Shown: positions 23,606-36,339, counted from the first letter of the stretch. The stretch: 62,000 bases of DNA from Lama guanicoe (GCA_013239625.1 MU054391.1:4421824-4483823); one strand, 5' to 3'. A program made the numbers and translations. The notes: generated by a model from the letters alone, not told the origin.

Positions 23606-25479
23606 AATATAATAAAAGAAATTATCTGAAAAAAAACTATAATTTCTCAAAGACTTTTGTTTGCTAGGTAGACACCCAAATTACTTTTTTTTTAAAGGAA
23701 AGTTATTTTGGTGTCACTTTATTGCAAATGTAATTAATTATGTACCTATAAGGATAACTTCTTTTTTACAGTTTGTTATAGCATTTTTGTGCAGGGAATA
23801 CACTAAAAAAATGACCCAAGGCTTTAAAAAAAATAAACAAATAAAGCAATGCACATGCATTAAGCATCTCTCAAATACCAAGCATGCCCAGTCAGGGGAG
23901 GCTCAACTCCTGAAGGGCTCCAGTCGAATTCTATAGAAGTCACCAACCCATTCTCTGAGCTTCACAGTAGTTTCATTTTATAAAAAGAAGCGAGAGAAAA
24001 AAAGATCCCACATGGGAAGTGTTGCAGCCACAAAAACGCGGTTGCATTTTCCTCTGTCACCTTATGTCTAAAAGTAGCCACTGCTGTTGAACCAGCTTCC
24101 AAACTTCTCACCTCACATAAAGATTTCGGCCCCCTCTACTCCACCAGAACCCACCCCAGACAAACAACCGCCCTATATTTTCAGCCACTATCAAGGTTAT
24201 TTTTCTTGCCTTGGGTCAAAGAATCACTTTCTTATCTATATATGTGATATACACGTTGGAAAGAGGGGAACTAGTTCTTATTTCCCACTTCAACAAATTC
24301 TACCCTCACTGACCTGCGGAATCCTCCCAGCAGCTTCATGAGGTGGTCCTTCCTCCCTCAAGTTTACCGACAATAAATTTGAACCTCAGAGACCTTTGAG
24401 ATCACACATCTGGTGGGATGGCTAAGGACAAGAATTGAACCCAAATCATATATTCCAACATCTGCATCCTTTCCACCAGATCGGATTCTTTCTCTCTCAT
24501 ACCTAATACATCTATCAAAGCTCTTCTCTCCAGCTCAACCCAAACCAGCAACTCTGACAGACAGACTCCCCAGTCCTCAGGTTTCTCACTGGTGCCCCTT
24601 CCTCAGTTAGAAGTTGCCTCCTTCCCACCCCTATCGGGCAAAGCGTCTTGAGCATGGAGGTGGTGGGTCACTGAAGGGAGCAGGGAAGGGTCCTCCAGCG
24701 GCTGTCCTCCAAAGCACACAGTCAGAGCTAGTGCACGGTGGAACAGAGGAGGCGAGGGGAGTCCAGGGAGTAAAGGCAGCCCACTGCCTGCGTCAACAGA
24801 GCGGGGCGCCAGGCGTTGGAGCTCTGGGGTCCGTGGAGCGCTGGGGTGGGCGCCTGCTTACAGAGCCGCCAAGTCTAGACTCCAGATGTGCACTCACTGT
24901 CACCAGGCACGTCCGATCCAGCGGGTAAATATTCCCACCAGATGACACCAGGCTACAGAAGTGATGACAAAGGACCAAAAGAGGAACAGAGTAAACACGG
25001 GTACGGCTGCTCCCTGGGGGAGGTAAACACACACACATGCGTACACGCACACACACACGCACATGCACTCTGCGTACTTCTCAAGATGCTGTTATGCCAG
25101 CAGATTATATACATCCTTATACTTTCTCGCTAGGTTGAAATCGCTCCAAGAAGGATTGAAGGCTATTGAAATCAACTAGACACAGAAAATGAGCTGAACT
25201 GGGTGCATAGAGAGGACACATGCGATTCGCCTTCTGATTTTTAACCTGTAGACAGATTGATTGTTGAGGAAAAGAGAGAAAGCAAGCTTTTATAAAGTCT
25301 TTAACTGCAGGGCAATGAACTACCAATGTACTTTGAGAGATGAGAGTTTTCCAATTTTGTTAGAGCATCCGAATAGTCCTGCATAATGGAATTCTAAAGA
25401 TAGACCTGCCCTGCAGATCTGCTCAGCCCGAATGCTTTCCATGGTCTCCCACAACTACAGTGTCACCTCCCCTAGAGCC

Positions 25480-25890
25480 AGCCCCAATGACGTCAAATGC
25501 TGGTTTCAAAAAGGTGACTTTTTACGTCTGCCTCAAGCAATTGGAGAGAAAGAACATAGGTTTTCAATAATTCCAGAGTTGTGATATCGCTTTGCTTAAA
25601 ATATATTGGCACCTGGTAGGAGGTAAGGCTTCACTTCCTTGTGAAATTGCAGTCTTCCATATGTCAGAGATAGCAGCTGAAAATGAATGAAATGCTAGAG
25701 TTTTTTTATGAGCTCCCCCACTCAATCCACAGTATCCCAGGAGGCATTTAGGTAATATTATGCAAATTTCACTTTCTTGTTACTTTACTTCTTGAGAGAA
25801 TAAGATTCGATTTGGGGCAAACTGACCTGAAACTGGGGTTTAAATCATTCCCTTAAGATTAAGAGACACAAGGGAAGAAAATTTCCACTT
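25480..25890. promoter_or_regulatory. Candidate lymphoid/immune enhancer (motif cluster)
   Basis: CRE TGACGTCA 25488-25495; E-boxes CACCTG 25610-25615 and CAGCTG 25674-25679; ETS/PU.1 CACTTCCTT 25632-25640; octamer ATGCAAAT 25760-25767 abutting IRF/PRDM1 TTTCACTTTC 25767-25776; kB-like GAAAATTTCC 25877-25886. Confidence 0.45.
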
Positions 25891-26549
25891 ATCAGTTACT
25901 CTTTTCTAGACATTGCTTCTTTTATCACCTGTAACCTTCACAGCAGCCCTAAGAGGTATTTTATATCCTAGACAATTTCTCTGGAGTCGTAGAACTGGTC
26001 TGTGACAGAGCCGGGATTTAAACCCATCCTGCCTGACTCCAGTTGGAACATATCCCGGGGAAAAAGATTAGAGTGAAATGGGGCAGTCAGTGACACTGAC
26101 CACGCCACCCTTGGGCTGCAAATAGCATTCAATCTAGTTTCTAAAACTTCAACTCTCTCATATAACTCAGTGAGTCCATAACTAATTAATATTTTTTCCA
26201 GATTTGTTTGAATGAAAAATTCACAAACATAAAATTCCAGCTGAAAACAAAACCAAACAAACATATCTAGCAGATTCAGGATGGCTGTAGATCCTCCGAT
26301 CACGGCTGGCTAAATCGGGAACTGAACTTAAGTAGGCAGAAATGTATCTGCTATTTATATGGTCTCTGGGTTATTGCAGTAGAGCCTCAACCATTATATC
26401 ACCTGAGAGCCTCTGAAAGTCAGTTATTTATGTGTTATAATATGACATATTATTTGTCATTATTTAAATTTTCCATTATTTGGATAGTTAAAGGAATGCG
26501 GTGCATGTTTCCCACTTTTTCTTAATTTTTGAAAGAGAATGTGTGAGTC

Positions 26550-27450
26550 ACCCGAACAGGTGGGAAGGAAATAGACGCTCTGCAGATGTCTCGGTTCCCG
26601 GGGCCTCTTTCCCTCTGTCTTCTCACCGTCAGGCCGCGCTCGCTCTCGTGCATTGTGCCACCTCTTAGCTGCGGACCGAAAGGCTCCAAGGCGGGAGTGA
26701 GCTCCTCCTGGACGGGCCTCAGGAGCGGCCAGCCGACCTTGACCCGGACCGTCCTCCGCTGCGCGGCCTCCCCGCGGCCAGGCGGCTCCCTCAGCCTCCG
26801 GGACCCGGAAACATGGGAGCCCCGGGGGGCTCGCCGTCCCCTCCAGCCCGCCCCCCACGTCGGGCCCCCTCCCGCCGCCTGCCCGTGCCCCACCCCGCCA
26901 TGGCTCTGGTCAGACCCCCGGCTTCATGGGCAGCCCCCCGGCTTCCTCCTGCAGGCTGTCCTCAGTGCTTTCCCCCGTTCTGCCCTTCTCGCTTCCATAG
27001 TCCCTCCACTTCCTGCTGTTCTGACAAAGGAGACCCCCCCTCAGCACGTCGGGCTTGGAGGCTCCAGCCCGCGAGCCCCCGCCTCCGGCTGCATCTCCAC
27101 GCGCAGCCTCGGACCCTCGCTCCGCCCCACATGCACGGTTCCCCCTGCGGAGGGGGCTTGTCCTGCCGTTCCCTCCGCCTGCCGTGCCGTTCCCTGCACC
27201 CTGGCCGCGGTGTAACGGCTCACACTTCAGCTCCTGTCTAACTGCTGCTGCCGCCGGAGCTTTCCCGTGCTCCCCGGCGGGGTGGCCGGCTGCGGTCAAT
27301 GTCACGGTGCCTCCGGGGCGGGCGGTTATCTCAGTATCGTGTTGTTATTCGATTAACATCTGTCTCCTTCACCGTATCATAAGCTTTACGGGGACGGGGC
27401 CTCATCTGATTTTGCTGACCTCCGTAGCTACAATTCTTGACACACATTCT
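26550..27450. promoter_or_regulatory. CpG island 2, putative promoter (likely firing on the minus strand)
   Basis: Very high GC and CpG, GC boxes, CCGGAA; minus-strand donor ACG|GTGAGA with last exon base at 26627. Confidence 0.75.
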
Positions 27451-27739
27451 GCTACGTAACAAATGCCCCGTAAATCTGGGTGGGAGGAAAGACAAGAGAT
27501 GATGTAGGAAGAAGAAAAGTGTACTTGCTTTCTGTTGTGCAGAACAGACTTCCACAGACTTGTGCCTTAAAGCGGCACGAGATTCACCCTCTCACAGCCG
27601 CCTCGGGAGTCTGGCACGTTTTAGCTGGACCCTTGCTCAGGGGGTCCCAGCACTGACACCAAGGGGTCACTGGATTTATCCTTACATGAAGGCTAAGGAG
27701 GGAACACTTTTCTTGCTCACCAGCTGTCAGCTTGGGGAA

Positions 27740-28023
27740 CAAAGCTCCCAGAAGCTGAGTCACGTCCCAGCCAGGTGACCCCATCTATAGGTCCTCCCAG
27801 ACTTACCTCTCTGACTTCAGGAAGGACCATTTTAAGGCCTGCAGAGGGATAACCTGATCAAGGCAGGCCCACCTCCATTTTGATGAACTCAAAGTCCCCT
27901 GATTAGGAATCTAATCCCAGGAGGGAGACCCTACCATCCTCCCGGGTTCTGCCAGCCGTCAAGGGGAGGGCACTGGATGGACGTGAAAGGGTCCTGGGGT
28001 CATCCTGGAACTCCGCTGACAAC
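27740..28023 (-). mobile_element. Old MLT1 (K/J/L-like) LTR fragment
   Basis: CAGGCCCACC..TTTTGATGAACTCAAAGTC..CTGATTAGGAATCTAATCCCAGGAG. Confidence 0.6.
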
Positions 28024-28074
28024 AGGAACACACGAGATTGGACAACAAAGGCAAAGAGCATCACCAGTCTCTTA

Positions 28075-28280
28075 TTTTGGTTAAAACATCAGCCTTTGGA
28101 CCCAAAGAACTCTGCCATGTCCAGCTGGGAGATATCGAGCAAGCTACTTAACCTTTCCAAATCTTAGTTTCCAAATAGGTAAGAATGTAATCACGTGATG
28201 CCAACTTCAAGAATCACCATGCAAATTAAATGATTCACTGCACACAAGTCCCTGGGATGTAGAAAGTATTTGCTCAGAGA
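28075..28280 (+). mobile_element. MIR
   Basis: GCAAGCTACTTAACCTTTC..CTTAGTTTCC..AATTAAATGA. Confidence 0.6.
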
Positions 28281-28880
28281 TAGGTATCACCCCTGGGGTT
28301 CTCAAGCAGGTTGTGCTTCTGAGAACAATGGACACAGGGTTTGAAACCCAGATCCTTCCCAGAATACCTAGAACATATGGTCTCCAAAATTAGCGATGCG
28401 CCATCCAGTAAGCGCGGTATTTCTGGGGGAAAAAAATCCCCTTGGAAACAAGAAGCTAAGGGACAACTTCTTTTTTTTTTTAACATACAAATCAAATTCA
28501 GGCCCAGTAGCTGCCTATTTTATTAAGGAAAGTTCCTAGTTTCTTTAATAAAACAGTTATAAAAGAGTTTCCAAGCCTCATTTGAGAGAACTCTATAATT
28601 TTGTAAGTTCTAATATACACTGCAAGTGTAGCTAAAATAAAAGAGACTTTGATCTGACTGCCTATTTCTATTTTGTTTTATGCCAAGTTACCTCCTCCTA
28701 AATCAAAGTTAATAATGTTGTTCCCCCATTTAAAATACTCCCAGCATCCCACCACAGTTACTTCTGATGTTTCAAACTTCCACTCTTGCTGATGAGGACT
28801 CTTTTTTTTTTCAATCCCATTTGTTTGGATTCTGTTTTCTCCATGACAATGTGGGAACTTCCCACAGAGTTGATGAGATC

Positions 28881-28920
28881 ACTTCCTGCTGACTCAGCGC
28901 ATTGCTGGCGCTGAGTCAGG
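28881..28920. promoter_or_regulatory. Inverted double ARE/MARE (AP-1/NRF2/BACH/MAF) with adjacent ETS site
   Basis: ACTTCCTG, then CTGACTCAGCGC (28889-28900), 7-nt spacer, GCGCTGAGTCAG (28908-28919). Confidence 0.55.
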
Positions 28921-30109
28921 ACACGCCAGGCATGGGAAAGGCTGTCATTAAGACGAATAGTTACAAATAATACAAAGCCTCGGGAAATGTCACAGGGACC
29001 CGGGGCATTTGGGGGAAGATCACCTTGCAGCACCATTCTCTTAGACCCTCTGATCCCATGAAAACGTTTGCCCCCACTGGTTGCTTTCCCCTCCTTTTCC
29101 ATCGCCTTCCTTGCTGATTACTGAGCTGCAATGGTATCTGCCTCCCATAGGAGCAGCCTCGCAGTCTTTGCTTAGACTATGGTGGTAGTTCAGGTTTTTT
29201 AAGGAAGAAAGGATGTGGAGGCAGGAGCGTTAGTTTTAACCACTAGTATCACCACTGTGGGTGGCGATTTGTCCCTTTACAAACTTGGGCTTCTGTTCCC
29301 CACTTCCCATGGGATAGTCCAGTATGTACCTTACTTTCCTCTTATCACTGTGTTCATGTGACCAGATGTTGGACGGGACCTTCTCTGCATTTGAAATCTG
29401 ATTTAAATCAGCCCAGACTCTGAATCTGGAGTAAGAGCTCAAAGCTCTGATTTCCATGGATCCCAGCTGCTCCATTCCTCTGCACACAGTGCCCTGTGTC
29501 AGACATTCTAATATATAGCCTTATCATCCAATCCAGTCACCTCTGGACTTTCAGCTTAGCAGTACCACTAAAGATCGGGGGCTATGGCTGATCACTTCCT
29601 AGATGGCAGAGCCTCCAGCGGTTGGTTAACTGCACCCCTGTCCGCTGAGCCTTCCTGCAGCAGAATCTCCTGCAGAATGACGTCTGGTTCTCCAGGCTGG
29701 GGCTCCTCCCGGGACCGCAGCACCCCAGGTGAGACAGTCTCCCTATGATGGTTGGATCTAGCAAGTTATTAAGGCCTATGGAATCACTTTGATAATTATG
29801 GAGCAATTAATAAATGTCAGGTATAATTAGTATTATTTTAGGCATGATGGGGCATGAGAACTTTTTCATGGTCAACTTAAGAGCATCAGCAGAAAATCTC
29901 CTTAATGGGTAGCCTTGAGGCAGCAATAAAATCTTTACATTAAATGTAGATCTTTTGAGTAAGATATCACACTTTGTAGGTATGTTCTTAAATAAGCTAG
30001 CCCTGCAGCCATAACCCCAGGCACTTCACAAAAGCCATAGTCGGACTGTAAGGAGGTCCAGGTTAGAGAGAACGGTTGGGTTAATGGTAACATTACCACT
30101 TTGAAAAAA

Positions 30110-31270
30110 AAAACCGACATCAAACTGAAATGCCTCTCCACAGCTAAAGAAATAATCAGCAAACTTAAAAGGTGACCTTCAGAATAGGAGAAAATATTTG
30201 CAAACCGTCTATCTGAAAAGAGCGTATTATCCAAAATGTATAAGGAACTCACACAACTCAACAGCAAGAAAACAATCTGATTTAAAAATGGGCAAAGGAT
30301 TTGAATAGGTATTTTTCCAAAGAAGACATACACGTGGACCACAGGTACATGAAAAGGTGAATGGCATCACTAATCATCAGGAAATGCGCATCAAACCTCA
30401 GGGAGAGATCTCCTCACACCTGTTAGAACGGATGGCATTAAAAAGACAAGAGACAAGAAGTCTTGGCAAGAATGTGGAGAGAAGGGAACCATTGTGCCCT
30501 GTGGGTGGGCATGTAAATTGGTGCAGCCACTATGGAAAACAGGATGGAGCTGCCTCAAAAAATTAGAAATAGGACCATCATGCAATCCAGCAATCTCACT
30601 TCTGGATACCTGTCCAAAGGGTGTGAAATCACTATACCAGAGAGATACTGCACCCCAGTGTTCACTGCAGCATTGTTCACAAGAGCCAAGACGTGGAAAC
30701 CTAAGCATCCATCAACAGATGAATAGATAAAGAGAATGTGGTATGCTATACGATGAAATATTATCCAGCCGTAAAAAAGATGGAAATCCTGCCTTTTGCA
30801 ACAACATGGATGGACCTTGAGGGCATTATGCTAAGTGATGTAAGTTAGACAGAGAAAGATAAATACTGTATGTTCTCACTTATGTGTAGAATTTTAAAAA
30901 GACAAGCTCATAAAAATGGAGAGTAGAATGGTGGTTATCAGGGACTGGTGGGAGTGGGGCTGGTGGGGGGAGATGTTGGTTCAAGAGAACAAACTCCTGG
31001 CAGTAAGATGAGTCAGTCTGAGTGGCTGTAGTTAACGACACTGCATTGTACACTGGAAAGTTATTAAGAGAGTGGATCTCAAATGTTACCAGTACACACA
31101 ACAAAAATGACAATTATGGGAAGGGATGGGTGTTTTAACTGTCTATTTGATAATCATTTTGCAATATTCACATATATGTGTGTGTGTGTGTATCAAAGCA
31201 TCACATTGTATACCTTAAATTTGCATATGTTATGTCAGTAATATAGCAATAAAGCTGGAAAAAAAGAAAA
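30110..31270 (+). mobile_element. L1MA9-like 3' ORF2 plus 3' UTR
   Basis: GGAGAAAATATTTGCAAACC..TTTAAAAATGGGCAAAGGATTTGAATAG..CAGCCACTATGGAAAACAG..AATAAAGCTGGAAAAAA. Confidence 0.95.
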
Positions 31271-31749
31271 GAAGGGGAAAACCAAGCATCGTGTTTTTGA
31301 TTTCGTCTTCCCCTCTATCCCACCAGTGTGATAAAAGTGGGATGCAATAAAAATCTGTTGAATTAGTCAGCGAGTATTCAGAATATATCACTATTCTTTT
31401 TCTAATACTTTCATGAAATATTTCAGGTGTATAAAATGATCTAAGGACATGAAAGGAAATATAAACAACAATGCAGCAATAAAATACCAACCAGGCGATG
31501 AAAGTAAATGTTACAAATATAGTTGAAACCCACCTTGTACCAACTCTTCCCCCGCCTCCCTCTCCAAACCGCCTCAGAGGCGATCGTCTGGAGATAATCA
31601 CTATATTGAATTTTATCATTTCAATGATTTTGTTTGCTCTTCTTTTCTTTCTGACGCATGTATTTCTAAGCAAGGTTTCCAGACAGGCCAGCTTTCTAGC
31701 CACTGTCCCAAGGCACTCCGGTGCACCGAAAGAGGTTTAAAGCAACAAG

Positions 31750-32132
31750 TGTCTTAACCTTCTCAGGCCACTGTAGCAACATGCCACACACCAAGCGTCT
31801 GAAACAACAGAAGAGTCTTTTCTTGCAGTTCTAGGGACCGACCCAAAGTTCAAGATCAAGGCGCCAGCAGGGCTGGGTTCTGGAGAGGTCTCTCTCCTGG
31901 GCTTGCCGACGGCCACCTTCTCCCTGTCCTCACGTGGTCTTTTCTCTTAGCAACATCTCTGCTGTCTCTTCCTCTTCTTATAAAGACACCAGTCCTATGA
32001 GATCAGGGCCCACCCTTATGACCCCATTTAACCACCATTACCTCTTTAGAGGACCTATTTCCACATACAGTCATTCTGCAGGTTAGGACTTCAACATATA
32101 ATTGTGGGCAGGGCACAGCTCAGTCCATATCA
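31750..32132 (-). mobile_element. MLT1A/B solo LTR
   Basis: AAGTTCAAGATCAAGGCGCCAGCAGGGCTGGGTTCTGGAGAGG..CTTATAAAGACACCAGTCC..TTAGGACTTCAACATAT. Confidence 0.88.
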
Positions 32133-32679
32133 CCAAGCTATTGATCCTTCTGGCCTTTACAATCTTACTGACACATAACTAAAGAATCATGAATAAATGA
32201 TGGAAGTCACTCCCCTGGGAGCTGCTTAGAGCCCTCACTTATTCCGTGGTACCCGTTCTTCGAGTTTTCTTTCAAAACCCAAGACTCAGATTTCTTTGGG
32301 GAGATTTTCCAATTTTTCACATCCAGCCCACATCCCTAAGGCTTTATATTTGGACAATATTCTTGGGCATGAGTTTGATTTTTCCCCACGAAAATATCAT
32401 GCTCTTTCCTTTCCCTGCATCAGTCACAGGAATAGCAACTGAGTACAGGAGGGCAAAAAGATAAACACTTTCTTACTTAAAATTTCACTCTATTTGGTGT
32501 GCATCTCTCTAGCTGAATCTGTGCAGCATGAAACTTCCCAACCCATGCAGATCCAACACTCTTCCTGGTTGGGAAAGTCAGCCACAGTGACCTTTCTCCC
32601 AGATTAGTCTGTATTAACTATTGTAAACCTGGCATCAAATGGTCCAGGTTCCTCAAAATATGAAGGCCAAACACAAGAA

Positions 32680-33000
32680 CCACCTGTTTCAGGCAATTTT
32701 CCCAGAATCCTCCCACAGAAACTCCACCAGCTGTTGACATCACATCACTAAGTCATTCTCACGGGATTGCCCTAACTGTCTGCAATTTAAGACAGCCAGG
32801 ATACACAAGGTCATTTCGTCTTCCCTGGGGACAACCTGCTTCTGGTGGCTGGTCAATGCAAAGCATGTGAAGGCCCAGCCTCTTTGCCTCCAAGCAGGAC
32901 AACAGAGTCCAGAGCTCCCTGTGGAAATACATGAGGCAGGAGAGAACGTCAGGGATAAATGGAGTTAGTGGTCCATGGTACTGTCTTGTCCAAAAGGAGA
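32680..33000. mobile_element. ERVL (LTR16/LTR33-like) fragment
   Basis: AAGGCCCAGCCTCTTTGCCTCCAAGCAGGACAAC..CCAGAGCTCCCTGTGG resembles the LTR16 family. Confidence 0.5.
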
Positions 33001-33079
33001 ACAAAAGCATTTATTGCCATACATAAGTTAAGTATTGTTATAATTACTAGGATGGCCACTAAAAGAATGCAGGAGAGAG

Positions 33080-35410
33080 AGGGAAGAGAAACATAGATAA
33101 ACAAAGCATAAAACAGCATGAATGACTGAAAACCAAATAGATCCGTAACCATGTTTAATATAAATGGACTAGATGGTCCACTAAGGGACAAAAATTGCCT
33201 GAATAAGGAAACAAAATCCAAATATATTCAGTTTATATAAAACATATCTAAAACCAACAAATATAGAACTGTCAAAAGTAAAAGCAAAGAACATAGACCA
33301 TGTAAGCAGAAACCTAATATAACTATATTATATGTACATTTTAAGCCAAAATTCATTAATAAAGGTCAATTCATAATAATGTAATGATCAAATAAGCCAG
33401 AAGATTAAAAAATTCTAAATTTGTATTCAGTTAATAGCACACTTTCAAAATGGAGAAGACAAAGTTGCTAGAGCTAGAAGTGAAATAGAAAAATTCACCA
33501 TTATTTCAGGAACTCCAGCACAGTTCATTAATTTGTGGTCCAAGCAAACAAAACAAAACAAAAAAAAACAGTGAGGTTACAGAGATTTCAACAACTTGAT
33601 TAAGACATTTGACTTACAAAGACATAGAGTGGGACCCCCCCAAGCTGCAGAACACAGAATCCTTTAAGCCATATCAGAGGTACCTACAAAAATTAATTAT
33701 ATGCTGGGTTGCGATACAATGATTCGTTTTTAAAGGAATTAATTTACATAGACTATGTCTTCTGATGGCAACCCAATCATGCTAGAAGTCAAAAATAAAC
33801 GAAGAAAAGACAATTAGAAATATATACATGTTTGAAAATTAAGACGTACATTGCTAAATAATCCATGAGCCTAAGGGGAAATTATAATTCATCATGGAAA
33901 TTAGGGGATCTTTTGAAATGCATATATTAGAAAAGAAAAGAAGACTCATGAGCTAAATTTCCATGTCAACAAACTGGAATAATATCCCGTACACAACTGA
34001 AAGGAGAGAATTATTTAAACACAGGAATCAATGCATTTTTTTTAAAAGGCTGACAGTAGAGACGGTCAAAAAAATCAAAAGTTGATTCTTGGAAAAAGCT
34101 AAAAGATTGATAATCTTATGGCACCATTGGTCAAGAAATAGGGGGAAAAAAGGAAGAAAAAGAAAAAGCAAGATTCAAAATGAAAAAGTGGGGGATTTAT
34201 CACTTTTTGTCAATATCAAAAATTTAAGTTTACTGAGCACATTCCTAGAAAAAACATGACTTACCAGAATTGACTCCATTAATTTAAATAAGTCAACAAC
34301 GAAACGTTTTCCTTTGTGAGAATATTCCAGGCCCAGAGGGCTTTAACAGCACTTTTAACCACTTTCCCAAAGTCTTCCAGAGAATAAAGGAAAAAAAAAA
34401 GATAAAAAGGTACTCTCCACAAATAAGAGGTTAGAAGAAACTTGAACTCACCTAGGTCTGGAAAACAAAGGAAAACTGCAGAATAATCTGATATGTAAAC
34501 ATAAATGCAATCATCCTAAAAAAAAAAATCTTAGTATTTCCAGTCCAGCAATATTTAAAGGAACTGATACATCACGACCAAGGGTTTATATCTGGAATTC
34601 AAGACTGTTTTATCATCAGTGTAATTCACCACTTTAACAGATTAATGGAGAAACCCCAAATCATCTAAATGAATAGATCAAACCAATTTGATGACATTTA
34701 ATAATCAGCCATGTTAAAAAATTACTGTCAACAAAAGAGAATTTGAGGGTGGGAAGGGATAGACTGGGGTTTCAAAATTGTAGAATAGATAAACAAGATT
34801 ACACTGTATAGCACAGGGAAATATACACAAAATGTTATGATAAATCACAGAGAAAAGAATGTGACGATGAGTGTGTATATGTCCACGAATGACTGAAAAA
34901 TTGTGCTGAACACTGGAATTTGACACAACACTGTAAAATGATTATGAATCAATAAAAAATGTTAAAAAAAAAAAAGAGAATTTGAAAGAACGTTCTTAAT
35001 TAAAATAAACATCAGTCCAAACACTACAGAAATCCTAAAACCTGTAGTGGGAAATGTTGAAAGCTTGTCCTTTGAGATCGTCAGCCAGATGGAATTCCTA
35101 CTCACACTGTCTGCAACTGGACGGTGCTGGTGCCCCGACGGGAGGCCATCTACACTGGGAAGAGAAATGCAGGGGGCCTCTGCTTCACACCTTCCACAAG
35201 AATGAAGTCCACATATATTTTAAACCTCAGTGGGGAAGGCAAAATTATATAGGTTTTCAAAGATAATAAAAAGTGATATCTTCATTCCATGAAAATCTTT
35301 ATCATTTTATAGTCAGAAAAGATTTCTTACCAAAGACCAAAAAACAAAAACAAAAACAAAAACAAAACACTAATCATAGGGAGAGAAGGATTACATTAAA
35401 ATTAGAGACT
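33080..35410 (+). mobile_element. Ancient degenerate L1 ORF2 (L1ME/L1M-like)
   Basis: A-rich; INGLDGPLR-like endonuclease start (~33160), AAAGTTGATTCTTGGAAAA, CCAGGCCCAGAGGGCTTT, ATACATCACGACCAA. Confidence 0.8.
34747..34971 (+). mobile_element. Young 5'-truncated L1 3' end nested in the ancient L1
   Basis: Perfect 14-bp TSD AAAAGAGAATTTGA (34733-34746 / 34972-34985), AATAAA and poly(A) tail. Confidence 0.93.
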
Positions 35411-35744
35411 GAGCATGCATGTCTTGCTTTTGTCCCAGCCCTAACACAGTTCCTTCTAGAAGTTTCTTTGGTTCCTAAAAGCATCATGATGCTCCTTTGG
35501 TCCAAGCTCTTAGAAAAACCCTTACAATGTTGATTCTACGCTCAGATAGTAAACTATCTGCACAGAAGACGTACAGGCAGTGGGTGGTGCCTTCACAGAA
35601 AAGGATGCCGCTGCCTTTATCCGCTCCTCATGCAGGACACCAAGAAGAATGTAAGACAGTCTTAAGGCACTTGTAATAAGAGAGTCCTTTCAAACTCTCT
35701 TTCTGGGGACACTGAAGGCACAGTGCCCATAAAAACCAGTGCAG

Positions 35745-35899
35745 AGGAGAGGGGGTGCAGCTCAGAGGTAAAGCACATGCTTAGCATGCACGAGAGGCCC
35801 TGGGTTCAATCCCCAGTGCCTCTGTTAAAATAAATAAATACACAAGCAAGCAAGCAAACCAACCAACCTAATTACCCCTCCCCCCCCCCACAAGAAAAG
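35745..35899 (+). mobile_element. Camelid-type tRNA-derived SINE
   Basis: GGGGTGCAGCTCAGAGGTAAAGCACATGCTTAGCATGCACGAG..CCTGGGTTCAATCCCCAGT; ACCTAATTACCCCTCCCC tail shared with the 8.6-kb copy. Confidence 0.9.
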
Positions 35900-36339
35900 A
35901 ACAGTGGGAAACCAATGGAGCTTACAGCTTGTTCACAAAGTCTTGGAGTTGGAATGCTTCTAACAAAAGCCCAAATGTAGCTTGTGAGAAAAATGTGTTT
36001 TCATGTTCAAGTCCTCCGGGGCTGCACGGACGCGGTTCGGCTGGGCACGCAGTGTGTCCTCCTCTTTGGACCGCCAGGGCTCCGCGAGATTGCTGCCCTG
36101 ACCTGGGCAACAGCTGGCGGTCATTTTCTGTATGGAGTAAGGGGCTGAGCGATGGATTCACTCTTTGCATTGTGTTTCATTATCTTTGTCTTTTGCCCTT
36201 TCAGCTTTCATCACGGGTTGTAAAGGAGTCAGGGGCAGAGGAACTTAGGACTCAATGTGAGGCAGAATCTTGAGGTTTGCAGGCTGGGGGAAGTGTGAGA
36301 TTTCTTCAGGAAAGGTCTTTGTTGGGAAGTACATAGTCC

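Noticed and set aside
26460..27459. Overlapping ORFs of 120-209 aa on both strands
   Set aside because: Expected from stop-codon depletion in a CpG island; low-complexity Pro/Ala/Gly/Arg content and no recognisable domain
35750..35820. tRNA gene (also 8650-8724)
   Set aside because: tRNA-like head continues into a SINE body, A-rich tail and TSD
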